Positions 29,224 to 38,049 of a stretch of DNA of 64,000 nt are shown here, piece after piece. Source of the stretch: Candidatus Pacearchaeota archaeon (lineage in GTDB: Archaea; Nanobdellota; Nanobdellia; Pacearchaeales; GW2011-AR1); NCBI GenBank assembly GCA_017609915.1, contig JAFCDA010000001.1, forward strand, positions 5,033-69,032. The letters are read 5' to 3'. The notes beneath the pieces are model-generated. The model was not told the origin of the DNA and did not search any database. It was given only the letters and a program-made list of their open reading frames with translations. Position numbers and translations under genes: made by a program. Position 1 is the stretch's first letter; the number at the start of each line of letters is the position of its first letter.

Positions 29224-30840
29224 TTAAAATGTTTTTTTTATAGATTTTTTAACTAATTTTAAATCCTTAAATAATTTTTTTATAACTGATTTTATCACCA
29301 TTAAATCCTCTTTATCAAGAGAATGTGAAATAATTATTAAAGACAAGTAAAGTAAAATAAACAAAGAGGTTAAAATTATAATTGAAAAAACATTAATTGT
29401 AACTTTTTCTATTAAATAAAATAAAACTCCTGTTGGGATTATTGAAACTAAGATTATAGTAAACATCTTTCTTTTTAAAGGTATAAATGAAAGATGTTTT
29501 TTTGTTTGTATAATCAAAAGGGTATTTAAAAAGATTATAGATAAAACAGTTGCAAGAGAAGCTCCGATTAAACCATTTGAATTATCTAAAGAAAACAAAA
29601 CAGGTATTGGAACTAATATTGAATTTAATATTAAATTAACAATTGCAGATATAGATATATTAAACAAGATTAACTTAGATTTACCTAACATTGAAATAAG
29701 ATTTGTTGAAATCATAAATAATGCAGAAATAAATGTTCCAATTAGCAAAAATTTAAGGGCAATTTGTGCAATAACATATTGACTTCCAAAAAGGATATTT
29801 AATGATGCTCCTGAAAAAAAGAATATTAAAATAAAAATTGGAAGAATTGCCATAAATATCCATTTATTTACTTGTTTACTAAGCTGTTTGATTAAAGCAT
29901 TATTTTTTGCAGAATATTGTCTTGTTATAAGTGGAAAAAATAACTGCATAAATAATTGTGGGACAATCATTATAAGCATTGCAATTGGCACAGCTGCATT
30001 ATAAAACCCAACTTCTACTGCAGATTTATAATAACCTAAAGAAATAGTATCAATCCAATGAAAAATAATAGATATAGCTGCAAAAAATAATAATGGCCAG
30101 GAATATTGAAAAAACTCTTTACTAATCTTTGAATAATCTTTTTTCTCATAAGAACCAAAGATTTTATTTATTTTATTTTTACAAACTAAATAAGCAGCAA
30201 ATAATGTAAGAATTGAACCAGATATGTAAGACCAAACAACAGCATTTCCTCCTGAATTAAAACCTATGAAAATAAGAATTATAAGCACACCTACACGGAC
30301 TAAATTTTGAAAAATATTAAAAATAAAAGAATACCATCCAATCTTTTCAAACCCTCTAAGCACTGTGAGAAATATACTTGCAAGCATTACAGCAAGAATT
30401 GAAAAACTCATTATTTTTAGAAAAATAGAAAGGCTTGGATTATGAAATATTTGTATTGAAATAAAATCTGATAAACCAATTAAAACTATTGAAGCAATTA
30501 TCCCAGAGATTAAATAAAATCTCAGTGTTTTTCTAAATAAATACCTCATCTCATTAATCTTTTTTCTCTCTCTTAATAATGGGACAAATCTTAATAATCC
30601 ATCTACAAAACCAAAAGAAGCAATTGTGATAAAAAGAGGGATTACAGATAAAACAAGAGAAAATAATCCATAAATTTCTGGGCCATAATAACGAGCAATA
30701 ATTATCCTATAAGCATACATTAAAACTTTTGATAAAAAAAGTCCAATAAAAACAATAAAAGAAGATTTCATAATTAGTTTAAGAGATTTATTAAGCTGAT
30801 TTTCTCTTGTAATATGTTCCTGATTTTTCAAATGTTCCAT
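29224..30840 (-). CDS. polysaccharide/oligosaccharide flippase (MOP/Wzx family)
   Basis: 538 aa, about 14 TM helices, MATE-like Wzx architecture, located in glycan locus. Confidence 0.65.
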   Translation of the reverse strand: MEHLKNQEHITRENQLNKSLKLIMKSSFIVFIGLFLSKVLMYAYRIIIARYYGPEIYGLFSLVLSVIPLFITIASFGFVDGLLRFVPLLRERKKINEMRYLFRKTLRFYLISGIIASIVLIGLSDFISIQIFHNPSLSIFLKIMSFSILAVMLASIFLTVLRGFEKIGWYSFIFNIFQNLVRVGVLIILIFIGFNSGGNAVVWSYISGSILTLFAAYLVCKNKINKIFGSYEKKDYSKISKEFFQYSWPLLFFAAISIIFHWIDTISLGYYKSAVEVGFYNAAVPIAMLIMIVPQLFMQLFFPLITRQYSAKNNALIKQLSKQVNKWIFMAILPIFILIFFFSGASLNILFGSQYVIAQIALKFLLIGTFISALFMISTNLISMLGKSKLILFNISISAIVNLILNSILVPIPVLFSLDNSNGLIGASLATVLSIIFLNTLLIIQTKKHLSFIPLKRKMFTIILVSIIPTGVLFYLIEKVTINVFSIIILTSLFILLYLSLIIISHSLDKEDLMVIKSVIKKLFKDLKLVKKSIKKTF

Positions 30841-30904
30841 AAAGAAGATAAGAATTTGTTTTTTTTAAAGCTATATGTAGGAATTATATGTTTTTTAATC
30901 TAAT

Positions 30905-31333
30905 TCAAAAATATTTGTTTGGATATTTTTCTCTTAATACTAAATGTCTTATTAAACTAAATTCCCTAACATAAAGCATATTTTTATGCCCAAAGTATAA
31001 TAAATCTAATATTGAATGAAATATCATTCCAATTAAAGCAAAATAAAATCCTCTCCAGAAAAAAGATAAAATAAAAACAAGAATTAAAAATTCTATTGTG
31101 TGGAAAACCATCATTATTGGTTTTTTTAAATTTTTACTTAGTTTTTCAAGATAATTATAAGAATTTTTTAAATCCCAATCTTTTTTTCTTGCTACATACC
31201 ATAAGTAATGGTCAAAGTCTATTAAAATAGAACTTAAAAAAACTAAAAGAGTTTGGAAGATAGTTAATGAAAATAACCAATATAATAATGCTGAAAATAT
31301 TGCTCCTAATATGATGTGGTGTTTTGGCAGCAT
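30905..31333 (-). CDS. membrane protein, possible YdjM/DUF457-like membrane-bound hydrolase
   Basis: 142 aa, 4 TM, MLPKHHIILGAIFS N-terminus with conserved His residues. Confidence 0.35.
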   Translation of the reverse strand: MLPKHHIILGAIFSALLYWLFSLTIFQTLLVFLSSILIDFDHYLWYVARKKDWDLKNSYNYLEKLSKNLKKPIMMVFHTIEFLILVFILSFFWRGFYFALIGMIFHSILDLLYFGHKNMLYVREFSLIRHLVLREKYPNKYF

Positions 31334-31500
31334 TTTTACCTCTTTTTTATGTTTCTTTTTTTATCTCTATAATCTTAGGTTTAATTATCTGAGTTTTTCT
31401 TAATCCCAGTAGAACAAATCTCCCTATACTTATAAATTATTTGTATAAAATATTTATATTCTTATTGTATTTTTAAGCTATGCTCTTCTTTTCTTTAAAT

Positions 31501-31544
31501 CTTAATCTCATCATAACATCTTTTCTTATGCTTATAAGATATTT
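31501..31544 (-). promoter_or_regulatory. copy of 44-nt promoter module
   Basis: cttaatctcatcataacatcttttcttatgcttataagatattt. Confidence 0.4.
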
Positions 31545-31556
31545 GTTTTTAATAGA

Positions 31557-33062
31557 TTAATCTCTCAAAATCTTTTTTACCATTTCTGAGAATGCAGGAC
31601 GAGTAATAAATACTCCTGCTGAGATTCCAATTATTGTTGTGATTGCAAATCCTTTTAATAAACCTGCTCCTGCCCACATAAGAGGAAGCAAAGCAAATAA
31701 TGTAGTTACATATGTTCCTAAAATAATAAACAAAGCTCTTTTAATTCTCTGTTTTAATGAAAGAATATGACTCATTTGAGATTCATCTAAGATAATTATT
31801 TGTGAATCAACCCCTGTTCCAATTGCTGCTATAATTCCTGCAATTGCTGGTAAATCTAAATTTCTTTTAAATAATGCTGAAATTCCTAAAATTATTAAAA
31901 CTTCACACAAACTTGTTAATAAAACTGCTAAAGATAATTTTATTTTTCTATATCTTAAAAAAATCATTAAACCTACTGCAAGAATTGCAGCAGCTCCTGC
32001 AATTAAAATTGTGTTAATAAATTTTTTCCCAAGTAATGGAGAAATTGTATCTAATTTTTCTATTTGTAATTTAAAAGGTAGAGAGCCTGTTTTTAGAACT
32101 GTTTGTAATCTATTCATCTCAATTTTAGTATTTTCTATTGCTTCATTCCTTGTTTCTCCAGACCCAGATCCGCTAATTTGAATCTGAGTTGTTGTACTCC
32201 CCCTCAATCCTTCAGAAATAGATAAAGAACTAAATAATTCATCATCTAAATATAAATCTATTTTTTTATCTAATGATTGTGGATTTTCAGGGTCTAATCC
32301 CAACCCTTTTGTTATCTTTGCAAATCTTTCTGCAGCTTCTGGGCTTAAGGTTATTCCAAATCTAAAGTTACAAAATTCTTCTTCTTGAGTGGTTCTACAA
32401 TCATAAATTCCTGCCTGTTCTCCTGTTTTTGCAACATAAGTTATATCCCTATTCCCACCAATAAATACAGTTTTGTTTCCGATTTTTGCTTCAAATTTTC
32501 CTTGTTGAGAAATTAAATTTCCAAGTTCTTCACGGGTTGAACCAGCTATTTCAATTAACATATAATTATTTCCAGAAAGGTCTGTAACAGGCCTAATTAT
32601 AATATCTTTTAGTCCATAAACATTTAATCTCTGGCTTGTTATGTCTATAAGATCTTGCAACTCCTGAACATTTAATTTTTTATCCTTAGCTACAACTAAT
32701 GCTCTTGATCCACCTGATAAATCTAATCCTGTTTTGATTCTTGTTTTATCTATATTTGCAACACTTATTTGTGGAGCTTTATTTGTAAATAAAATAAATT
32801 CTCCTTTTTTAGTTGTTATTGTTATTTTTTGATTTTCACTTAAAAAAACTTTTGAATTAATTATTTCTTTATAATCTTCAAAACTTAATATTTTTTGCCC
32901 ATCAATATGGGTAATTATCTGTCCTTGCCTTAATCCTTGTTCATAAGCTGTTGAATTTTGTTCTATTGAAATAATTTCAACTCCTTTTTCAAAATTTAAA
33001 GGAACCATAGCTAATATAGAACCTAAAACTACAAATATTAATAACCAAATTTTCCAGTTCAT
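31557..33062 (-). CDS. secD: protein-export membrane protein SecD
   Basis: N-terminal TM, large periplasmic-type domain, C-terminal six-TM SecD/SecF domain (LAVLLTSLCEVLIILGISALF...IAGIIAAIGTGVDSQIII). Confidence 0.8.
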   Translation of the reverse strand: MNWKIWLLIFVVLGSILAMVPLNFEKGVEIISIEQNSTAYEQGLRQGQIITHIDGQKILSFEDYKEIINSKVFLSENQKITITTKKGEFILFTNKAPQISVANIDKTRIKTGLDLSGGSRALVVAKDKKLNVQELQDLIDITSQRLNVYGLKDIIIRPVTDLSGNNYMLIEIAGSTREELGNLISQQGKFEAKIGNKTVFIGGNRDITYVAKTGEQAGIYDCRTTQEEEFCNFRFGITLSPEAAERFAKITKGLGLDPENPQSLDKKIDLYLDDELFSSLSISEGLRGSTTTQIQISGSGSGETRNEAIENTKIEMNRLQTVLKTGSLPFKLQIEKLDTISPLLGKKFINTILIAGAAAILAVGLMIFLRYRKIKLSLAVLLTSLCEVLIILGISALFKRNLDLPAIAGIIAAIGTGVDSQIIILDESQMSHILSLKQRIKRALFIILGTYVTTLFALLPLMWAGAGLLKGFAITTIIGISAGVFITRPAFSEMVKKILRD

Positions 33063-33106
33063 TTTTTGTTTTTCATTTTTATTTAATTTTTAATTATCTT
33101 ATATCC

Positions 33107-33150
33107 TTAATCTTCTCATCTGAATCTCGTTCTATGCTTATAAGATATTA
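33107..33150 (-). promoter_or_regulatory. copy of 44-nt promoter module upstream of secD
   Basis: cttaatcttctcatctgaatctcgttctatgcttataagatatt. Confidence 0.45.
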
Positions 33151-33168
33151 ATTATTTTCCTCCATAAT

Positions 33169-34122
33169 TTAATCCCTCTCCTTCTTTTCCAAATACCATT
33201 TTAATATTGAAGCATTTGTAATCCATGTATTAAGAATATCAAAACCTAAACCAATTAACAAGATAGTGAATATTTGTTTTAAAACAGGTGAAAATGATTG
33301 AGTGATAATTAAAGCTACACTAAGTGCAATTATAGAAGTTAGAGTCATTGTTATCCCTGTTTTAAATGCATCTTTAAGTTTTGTGTTTATTTGCCCTTGT
33401 CTTTTTAATAGACGTGTTGTAAGCATAATATCAGTATCTACACTATAACCAATTAACATTAAAAATGCAATAATTCCTGCACTTGAAACTCTTATTCCTA
33501 ATATATTTACTAAAGCTAAAGTCATCATAATATCTGCAAAAGCAGAAAGAACAACTGCCATACTTGGTGCAAAAGTTCTAAAAATAATAAAAACAACTAT
33601 TGCCATTAAAATAAAAGATATTAAAATTGCAAATTGTAATTGTTTGTAAAAAGACTCTCCTAAAGTTGAGCCTGTTGAGACCACGCTTGAATTTTCACTT
33701 GTTAAGTCATAACCTAAGAAATCTTCTATTGAAGAAGTTATGGTTTTATACTCTTCAGAAGTTGATTCTATTGGAATTTCAATAATAATTGCTTCTTGTT
33801 TTCCTGTTCTAAAATTAGATAGTTCTCTGATATTAAAATCATCTATTTTCTGAGATAATCTGTTTGTTAAATCATTTATATTTATTTCTTCTTGTTCAGA
33901 AAAAATAGTTATTGTTGTTCCTCCTGTTAAAGAAACATCTCTTTTTATGAAGTCGTTGTTTTGCTGGTGGAAATATGCTATATAACCTAATGATAGGATT
34001 AATAAAATTAAGGGGATTAAAAGTAGTAACTTATAGTTTTTATTATAAAATTTTAGGGCTTTTCTTCCTAATTTCTTTTCTTCTTGTTCTATTTCATTGA
34101 GGATGTTGTTTTCTTGTTCCAT
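33169..34122 (-). CDS. secF: protein-export membrane protein SecF
   Basis: VSLTGGTTITIF motif and C-terminal SecD/SecF TM bundle; start set at MEQENN (34122) rather than track start 34182, which would overlap the conserved leader motif. Confidence 0.75.
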   Translation of the reverse strand: MEQENNILNEIEQEEKKLGRKALKFYNKNYKLLLLIPLILLILSLGYIAYFHQQNNDFIKRDVSLTGGTTITIFSEQEEININDLTNRLSQKIDDFNIRELSNFRTGKQEAIIIEIPIESTSEEYKTITSSIEDFLGYDLTSENSSVVSTGSTLGESFYKQLQFAILISFILMAIVVFIIFRTFAPSMAVVLSAFADIMMTLALVNILGIRVSSAGIIAFLMLIGYSVDTDIMLTTRLLKRQGQINTKLKDAFKTGITMTLTSIIALSVALIITQSFSPVLKQIFTILLIGLGFDILNTWITNASILKWYLEKKERD

Positions 34123-34172
34123 ATTTTGTTTTATCTGGTATCTTAATATCTTAAGCTGAATTGATGAGTGGC

Positions 34173-34197
34173 AAGGGTACATCCCTTCCGTAACCCT
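34173..34197 (-). promoter_or_regulatory. second copy of conserved 5' leader hairpin motif, upstream of secF
   Basis: aagggtacatcccttccgtaaccct versus aagggcacatcccttccgtaaccct at 2159-2183. Confidence 0.5.
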
Positions 34198-34200
34198 TTT

Positions 34201-34244
34201 CTTAATCTTCTCATCTGAGTATCTCTCTATGCTTATAAAATATT
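34201..34244 (-). promoter_or_regulatory. copy of 44-nt promoter module upstream of secF leader
   Basis: cttaatcttctcatctgagtatctctctatgcttataaaatatt. Confidence 0.45.
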
Positions 34245-34272
34245 AGTTTTTTATTTGATTTTTATTATTAAA

Positions 34273-34343
34273 TGCGCGGACTGGGAATCGAACCCAGGTT
34301 TTCTGGTTGGAAGCCAGAAGTTCTACCACTAAACTATCCACGC
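34273..34343 (-). tRNA. tRNA-Gly (anticodon TCC)
   Basis: Cloverleaf GCGTGGA-TA-GTTT-AGTGGTA-GAAC-T-TCTGG-CTTCCAA-CCAGA-AAAC-CTGGG-TTCGATT-CCCAG-TCCGCGC-A; no encoded CCA. Confidence 0.85.
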
Positions 34344-34392
34344 ATGATTTCACTAATTTCTAAGGGTTTTTAAAGATTATTAAGCCTTATGA

Positions 34393-34466
34393 TGCTCCTG
34401 ACAGGACTCGAACCTGCGACCCCTTCCTTAGGAGGGAAGTGCTCTATCCAACTGAGCTACAGGAGC
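34393..34466 (-). tRNA. tRNA-Arg (anticodon CCT)
   Basis: GCTCCTG-TA-GCTC-AGTTGGATA-GAGC-A-CTTCC-CTCCTAA-GGAAG-GGGTC-GCAGG-TTCGAGT-CCTGT-CAGGAGC-A. Confidence 0.85.
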
Positions 34467-34539
34467 TTACTTGAGTAATACATTACATTATACCAATTAT
34501 CTTTATAAACTTTAAATATTCGGATAATATATTACAAAA

Positions 34540-35223
34540 ATGGCGGCACAAACAAAATGGCAAAGTTTTGAGGAATTTTTAGTTAATCAACCAATCCAAG
34601 TAGATTATTTTTATTTGATAATTGCTTTACTAATAGCTGCATTACTTTCATTTATATTAGGTAAACTTTATGTGAAATATGGGACTTCTATTTCAAATAG
34701 GAGAAAATTTTCATCTAATTTTGTCTTGGTTACAACTACTACTACTTTAATTATAATGATTGTTAAATCATCTCTTGCACTTTCATTAGGGCTTGTTGGA
34801 GCATTATCAATTGTAAGATTTAGGGCAGCAATAAAAGAACCTGAAGAACTAGCTTTCTTGTTTCTCACAATTTCAATTGGATTAGGATTAGGTGCAGGAC
34901 AATTATTAACAACAATTATAGCTTTTTTTATAATTTCTTTATTAATTTGTGGGCGTCATTTTTATTATAAAAAAGAAGAAAATCAAAATCTATATTTAAC
35001 TGTTTCTGGAAAAAATATTAAACTAAAAGATATAGTTGATGCATTAAACAAACATTGCTCATCTGTTCATTTAAAACGTTTTGACCAATTAGAAGAAGGA
35101 TTAGAAGCCTCTTTTTTAGTTGATTTTGATTCTTTCCAAAAATTAGAAAAAACAAAAAGAGAGTTAAATTCTCTTTCAAAAGAAGTTAATATAACATACC
35201 TTGATAAATCGGGCTTAGATTAA
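34540..35223 (+). CDS. membrane protein, DUF4956-like (N-terminal TM helices, soluble C-terminal domain)
   Basis: 227 aa; 3-4 TM helices then soluble tail; placement immediately 5' of CotH and VTC genes mirrors bacterial DUF4956-VTC-CotH neighbourhoods. Confidence 0.4.
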   Translation: MAAQTKWQSFEEFLVNQPIQVDYFYLIIALLIAALLSFILGKLYVKYGTSISNRRKFSSNFVLVTTTTTLIIMIVKSSLALSLGLVGALSIVRFRAAIKEPEELAFLFLTISIGLGLGAGQLLTTIIAFFIISLLICGRHFYYKKEENQNLYLTVSGKNIKLKDIVDALNKHCSSVHLKRFDQLEEGLEASFLVDFDSFQKLEKTKRELNSLSKEVNITYLDKSGLD

Positions 35224-35225
35224 AA

Positions 35226-37982
35226 ATGAAATTAAAAGAAAGGAAAGAAGGTAATTTTTTTTATTATTTAAAGAAAAGTTTAAAATTTATTTCTAGAGGT
35301 ATATTTAATAAAAAAACAAAAATCATTTTCTGGATTTTAATTCTGATTGTTCTTTTTTCAATGGGAACGCTTTTTGGATTATTAATTTCTGGTTTTTTTG
35401 GGACATTTGATGAGCCCTCACAAAGAGTTATAGATTTATTGCATTCTAAAGGCATAATAGGGCTTAAAAATATTAAACGCCAAATGGAAGGGGTTATTAG
35501 TGAAAATTTCAAGATTCCAATTAATTACATAGCAGGCCAATTTTCAAAACCTAAGAAAATCTTTATTGATATTGGTCTTGATAATTATAAAAGAATAGAG
35601 TATAAACGTGAACAAGCATTAGATATTGGGGTGCTTGTTACTTCTGGAGAAGATTATGTTCCTGCAGAGATTAGATATAAAGACCAGGTAGTTAATGTAA
35701 ACTTAAGATTAAAAGGAGATTGGGTGGATCATCTTGAAGGAGATAAATGGTCTTTTAGAATTAAAACAAAAGGAGATACGCTTTTTGGAATGAAAACTTT
35801 TTCAATACAAGACCCAAAAACTAGAAATTATTTAAATGAATGGTTGTATCATCAGGCTCTTGAAAGAGAAGATGTCTTATCTCTTAAGTATGATTTTGTA
35901 GAGGTTGTTATAAATGGAGAAAATAAAGGCATATATGCTTTAGAAGAACATTTTGAAAAACAATTAATTGAACGAAATAATAGGAGAGAAGGATTGATTA
36001 TTAAATTTAATGAAGATCCTATGTGGGATGAAATTGTAAAAATAAATAATTATTATACTCATCCTCTTGAATTAATTAGTGCTTTAGATAATAAATCTTT
36101 AGATTGGTTTTATAGTAGCAGTATAGAAACTTTTACTAATGAAAAATCTTTAAAAGATCCTTATTTAGCTAAACAATTTGAAGAAGCTAGTAGTTTATTA
36201 GAATCTTTTAGAAGAGGTTCATTAGGAGTTTCAGAAGTTTTTGATACAGATAAACTTGCAAAATATTTTGCTATTAATACATTAATGGGAACTGGACATG
36301 CTTCTACATGGAATAATATTAGATTTTATTATAATCCTATAACTTCCCGTTTAGAACCAATTGGTTTTGATGCAAATTGTGATGTTGAGGCCCCATATAA
36401 TGTTATCGGAGATTATATTCCTCCTTGTTTATCTAATGAAAACAATTGTTCTCAAAAAATAGAATCTTTTTCTGATTTATTTCTCAGGGATAAAGAATTT
36501 TTTGAAAAATATATGAAAGAATTAGATAAATTTTCTCAAAAATCTTATTTAGATAGCTTATTTTTAGATTTGGGTGATGACCTTGAAAAAAATTTAAACA
36601 TTATTCATAAGAATTATCCCTTTTATTGTTTTTCCATCCAATCTTTTTATGAAAGACAGAAACGAATAAGAGAAGGATTAACCCCTTTGAAAAGTATAAA
36701 TGCATATTTTCAGAAAAGTTTACCTTCTCAAAATGAACTTGTTTTATATATTGGAAATGTGAAGTTCATCCCTTTAGAAATTGAAAATTTAGTTTATAAT
36801 GATTCTGTTATCTTTCACTTAATTGAAGGTGATAAACTTCTTCAACCAAAAATAGCTTCTGAGCCTGTAGATTATCAAAAGTTTAATTTTAAAATTCCTG
36901 CTGGTTTTTCATGGAATGACAGCTTTGCTTCAGATTTAAAGATTAATTATAAAATCTTGGGAATTGAGGGGATAAAAGAAGAGATTGTTTCTCCCTGGTC
37001 TTATGTTGAAGAAAACTTCTTAGAAGAAGATTTTATAAGGCAAGAAACAAATATTAGTTCTTTTGAATTATTAATAATAGAAGAAGATACTAAATCAATA
37101 TTTATTCAAAAAGGGTCGTGGATTTTAAATCAAAGTATGACTATTCCTCCAGGATTTAGTGTGTATTGTAATGAAGGAACAAGTATTAATCTTATGAATG
37201 GTGCAACAATACTTTCTTATTCAGACTTACAATTTTCTGGATCAGACGAAAATCCAATTAAAATCTTTTCATCTGATAGAACTGGGCAAGGCCTTACATT
37301 ATTAAATGTCGAACGTGTTTCTAATCTTAAACATGTTATTTTTAATGATTTGACAAGTCCAATTAAAAAAGGCTGGGAACTTTCTGGAGCAATCAACTTT
37401 TATAAATCTCCTGTTAAATTAGAGAATATTATTATCAAAGATATTAATTCAGAAGATGGTTTAAATATAATTGACTCTGAATTTGAAATTAGAGATTCTC
37501 ATTTTGAAAATTGTATTTCAGATTGTTTTGATGGTGATTTTGTAGAAGGTCCTATAAAATCTTCTTCATTTATTGGTTGTGGAAATGATGGTTTAGATTT
37601 TTCAGGAAGTTTTGTTGATATAGAAAATATTGATATTTTAAATGTAGGAGACAAAGGGATAAGTGTTGGAGAAGATAGTAATGTAACAATAGAGAATGCA
37701 AAGATAAATGGAGATAAGTTAAATAAAGGTTATATTGGAATTGCAAGTAAGGATAAATCACAAGTTTTTATTAAAAATAGTGAAATTTCAAATGTTGAGT
37801 ATGGTCTTGCAGTTTATGAAAAAAAATCTGAATTTGGAGCTGCTTCAATAAATGCTATCAATATTAATTTTTCTAATATAAATAATAGTTATATTATTGA
37901 AAAAGAATCATCTCTTTTAATTGATGATGTTATGATGCTTAATAAAGAAGAAGAAGTTTATAAAAAATTATATGAATTATGA
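35226..37982 (+). CDS. CotH kinase-like domain protein with C-terminal right-handed parallel beta-helix repeats
   Basis: N-terminal TM anchor; CotH-like block LRLKGDWVDHLEGDKWSFRIKTKGD...FVEVVINGENKGIYALEEHF...WNNIRFYYNPITSRLEPIGFDAN; C-terminus with GxDG/NxxI beta-helix repeats. Confidence 0.6.
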   Translation: MKLKERKEGNFFYYLKKSLKFISRGIFNKKTKIIFWILILIVLFSMGTLFGLLISGFFGTFDEPSQRVIDLLHSKGIIGLKNIKRQMEGVISENFKIPINYIAGQFSKPKKIFIDIGLDNYKRIEYKREQALDIGVLVTSGEDYVPAEIRYKDQVVNVNLRLKGDWVDHLEGDKWSFRIKTKGDTLFGMKTFSIQDPKTRNYLNEWLYHQALEREDVLSLKYDFVEVVINGENKGIYALEEHFEKQLIERNNRREGLIIKFNEDPMWDEIVKINNYYTHPLELISALDNKSLDWFYSSSIETFTNEKSLKDPYLAKQFEEASSLLESFRRGSLGVSEVFDTDKLAKYFAINTLMGTGHASTWNNIRFYYNPITSRLEPIGFDANCDVEAPYNVIGDYIPPCLSNENNCSQKIESFSDLFLRDKEFFEKYMKELDKFSQKSYLDSLFLDLGDDLEKNLNIIHKNYPFYCFSIQSFYERQKRIREGLTPLKSINAYFQKSLPSQNELVLYIGNVKFIPLEIENLVYNDSVIFHLIEGDKLLQPKIASEPVDYQKFNFKIPAGFSWNDSFASDLKINYKILGIEGIKEEIVSPWSYVEENFLEEDFIRQETNISSFELLIIEEDTKSIFIQKGSWILNQSMTIPPGFSVYCNEGTSINLMNGATILSYSDLQFSGSDENPIKIFSSDRTGQGLTLLNVERVSNLKHVIFNDLTSPIKKGWELSGAINFYKSPVKLENIIIKDINSEDGLNIIDSEFEIRDSHFENCISDCFDGDFVEGPIKSSSFIGCGNDGLDFSGSFVDIENIDILNVGDKGISVGEDSNVTIENAKINGDKLNKGYIGIASKDKSQVFIKNSEISNVEYGLAVYEKKSEFGAASINAININFSNINNSYIIEKESSLLIDDVMMLNKEEEVYKKLYEL

Positions 37983-38014
37983 AATATCAGATTAAAAACT
38001 AATATCTTGATTGA

Positions 38015-38028
38015 GCTTATAAAATATA
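38015..38028 (+). promoter_or_regulatory. TATA box 22 nt upstream of VTC gene ATG
   Basis: gcttataaaatata; 23-nt block tcttgattgagcttataaaatat duplicated at 29202-29224. Confidence 0.4.
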
Positions 38029-38049
38029 GGTTAATAGAATAACACAAAA

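Noticed and set aside
34123-34182. Upstream start for secF (MYPCHSS...)
   Set aside because: Would place the conserved leader motif inside the CDS; MEQENN start gives a typical SecF N-terminus.
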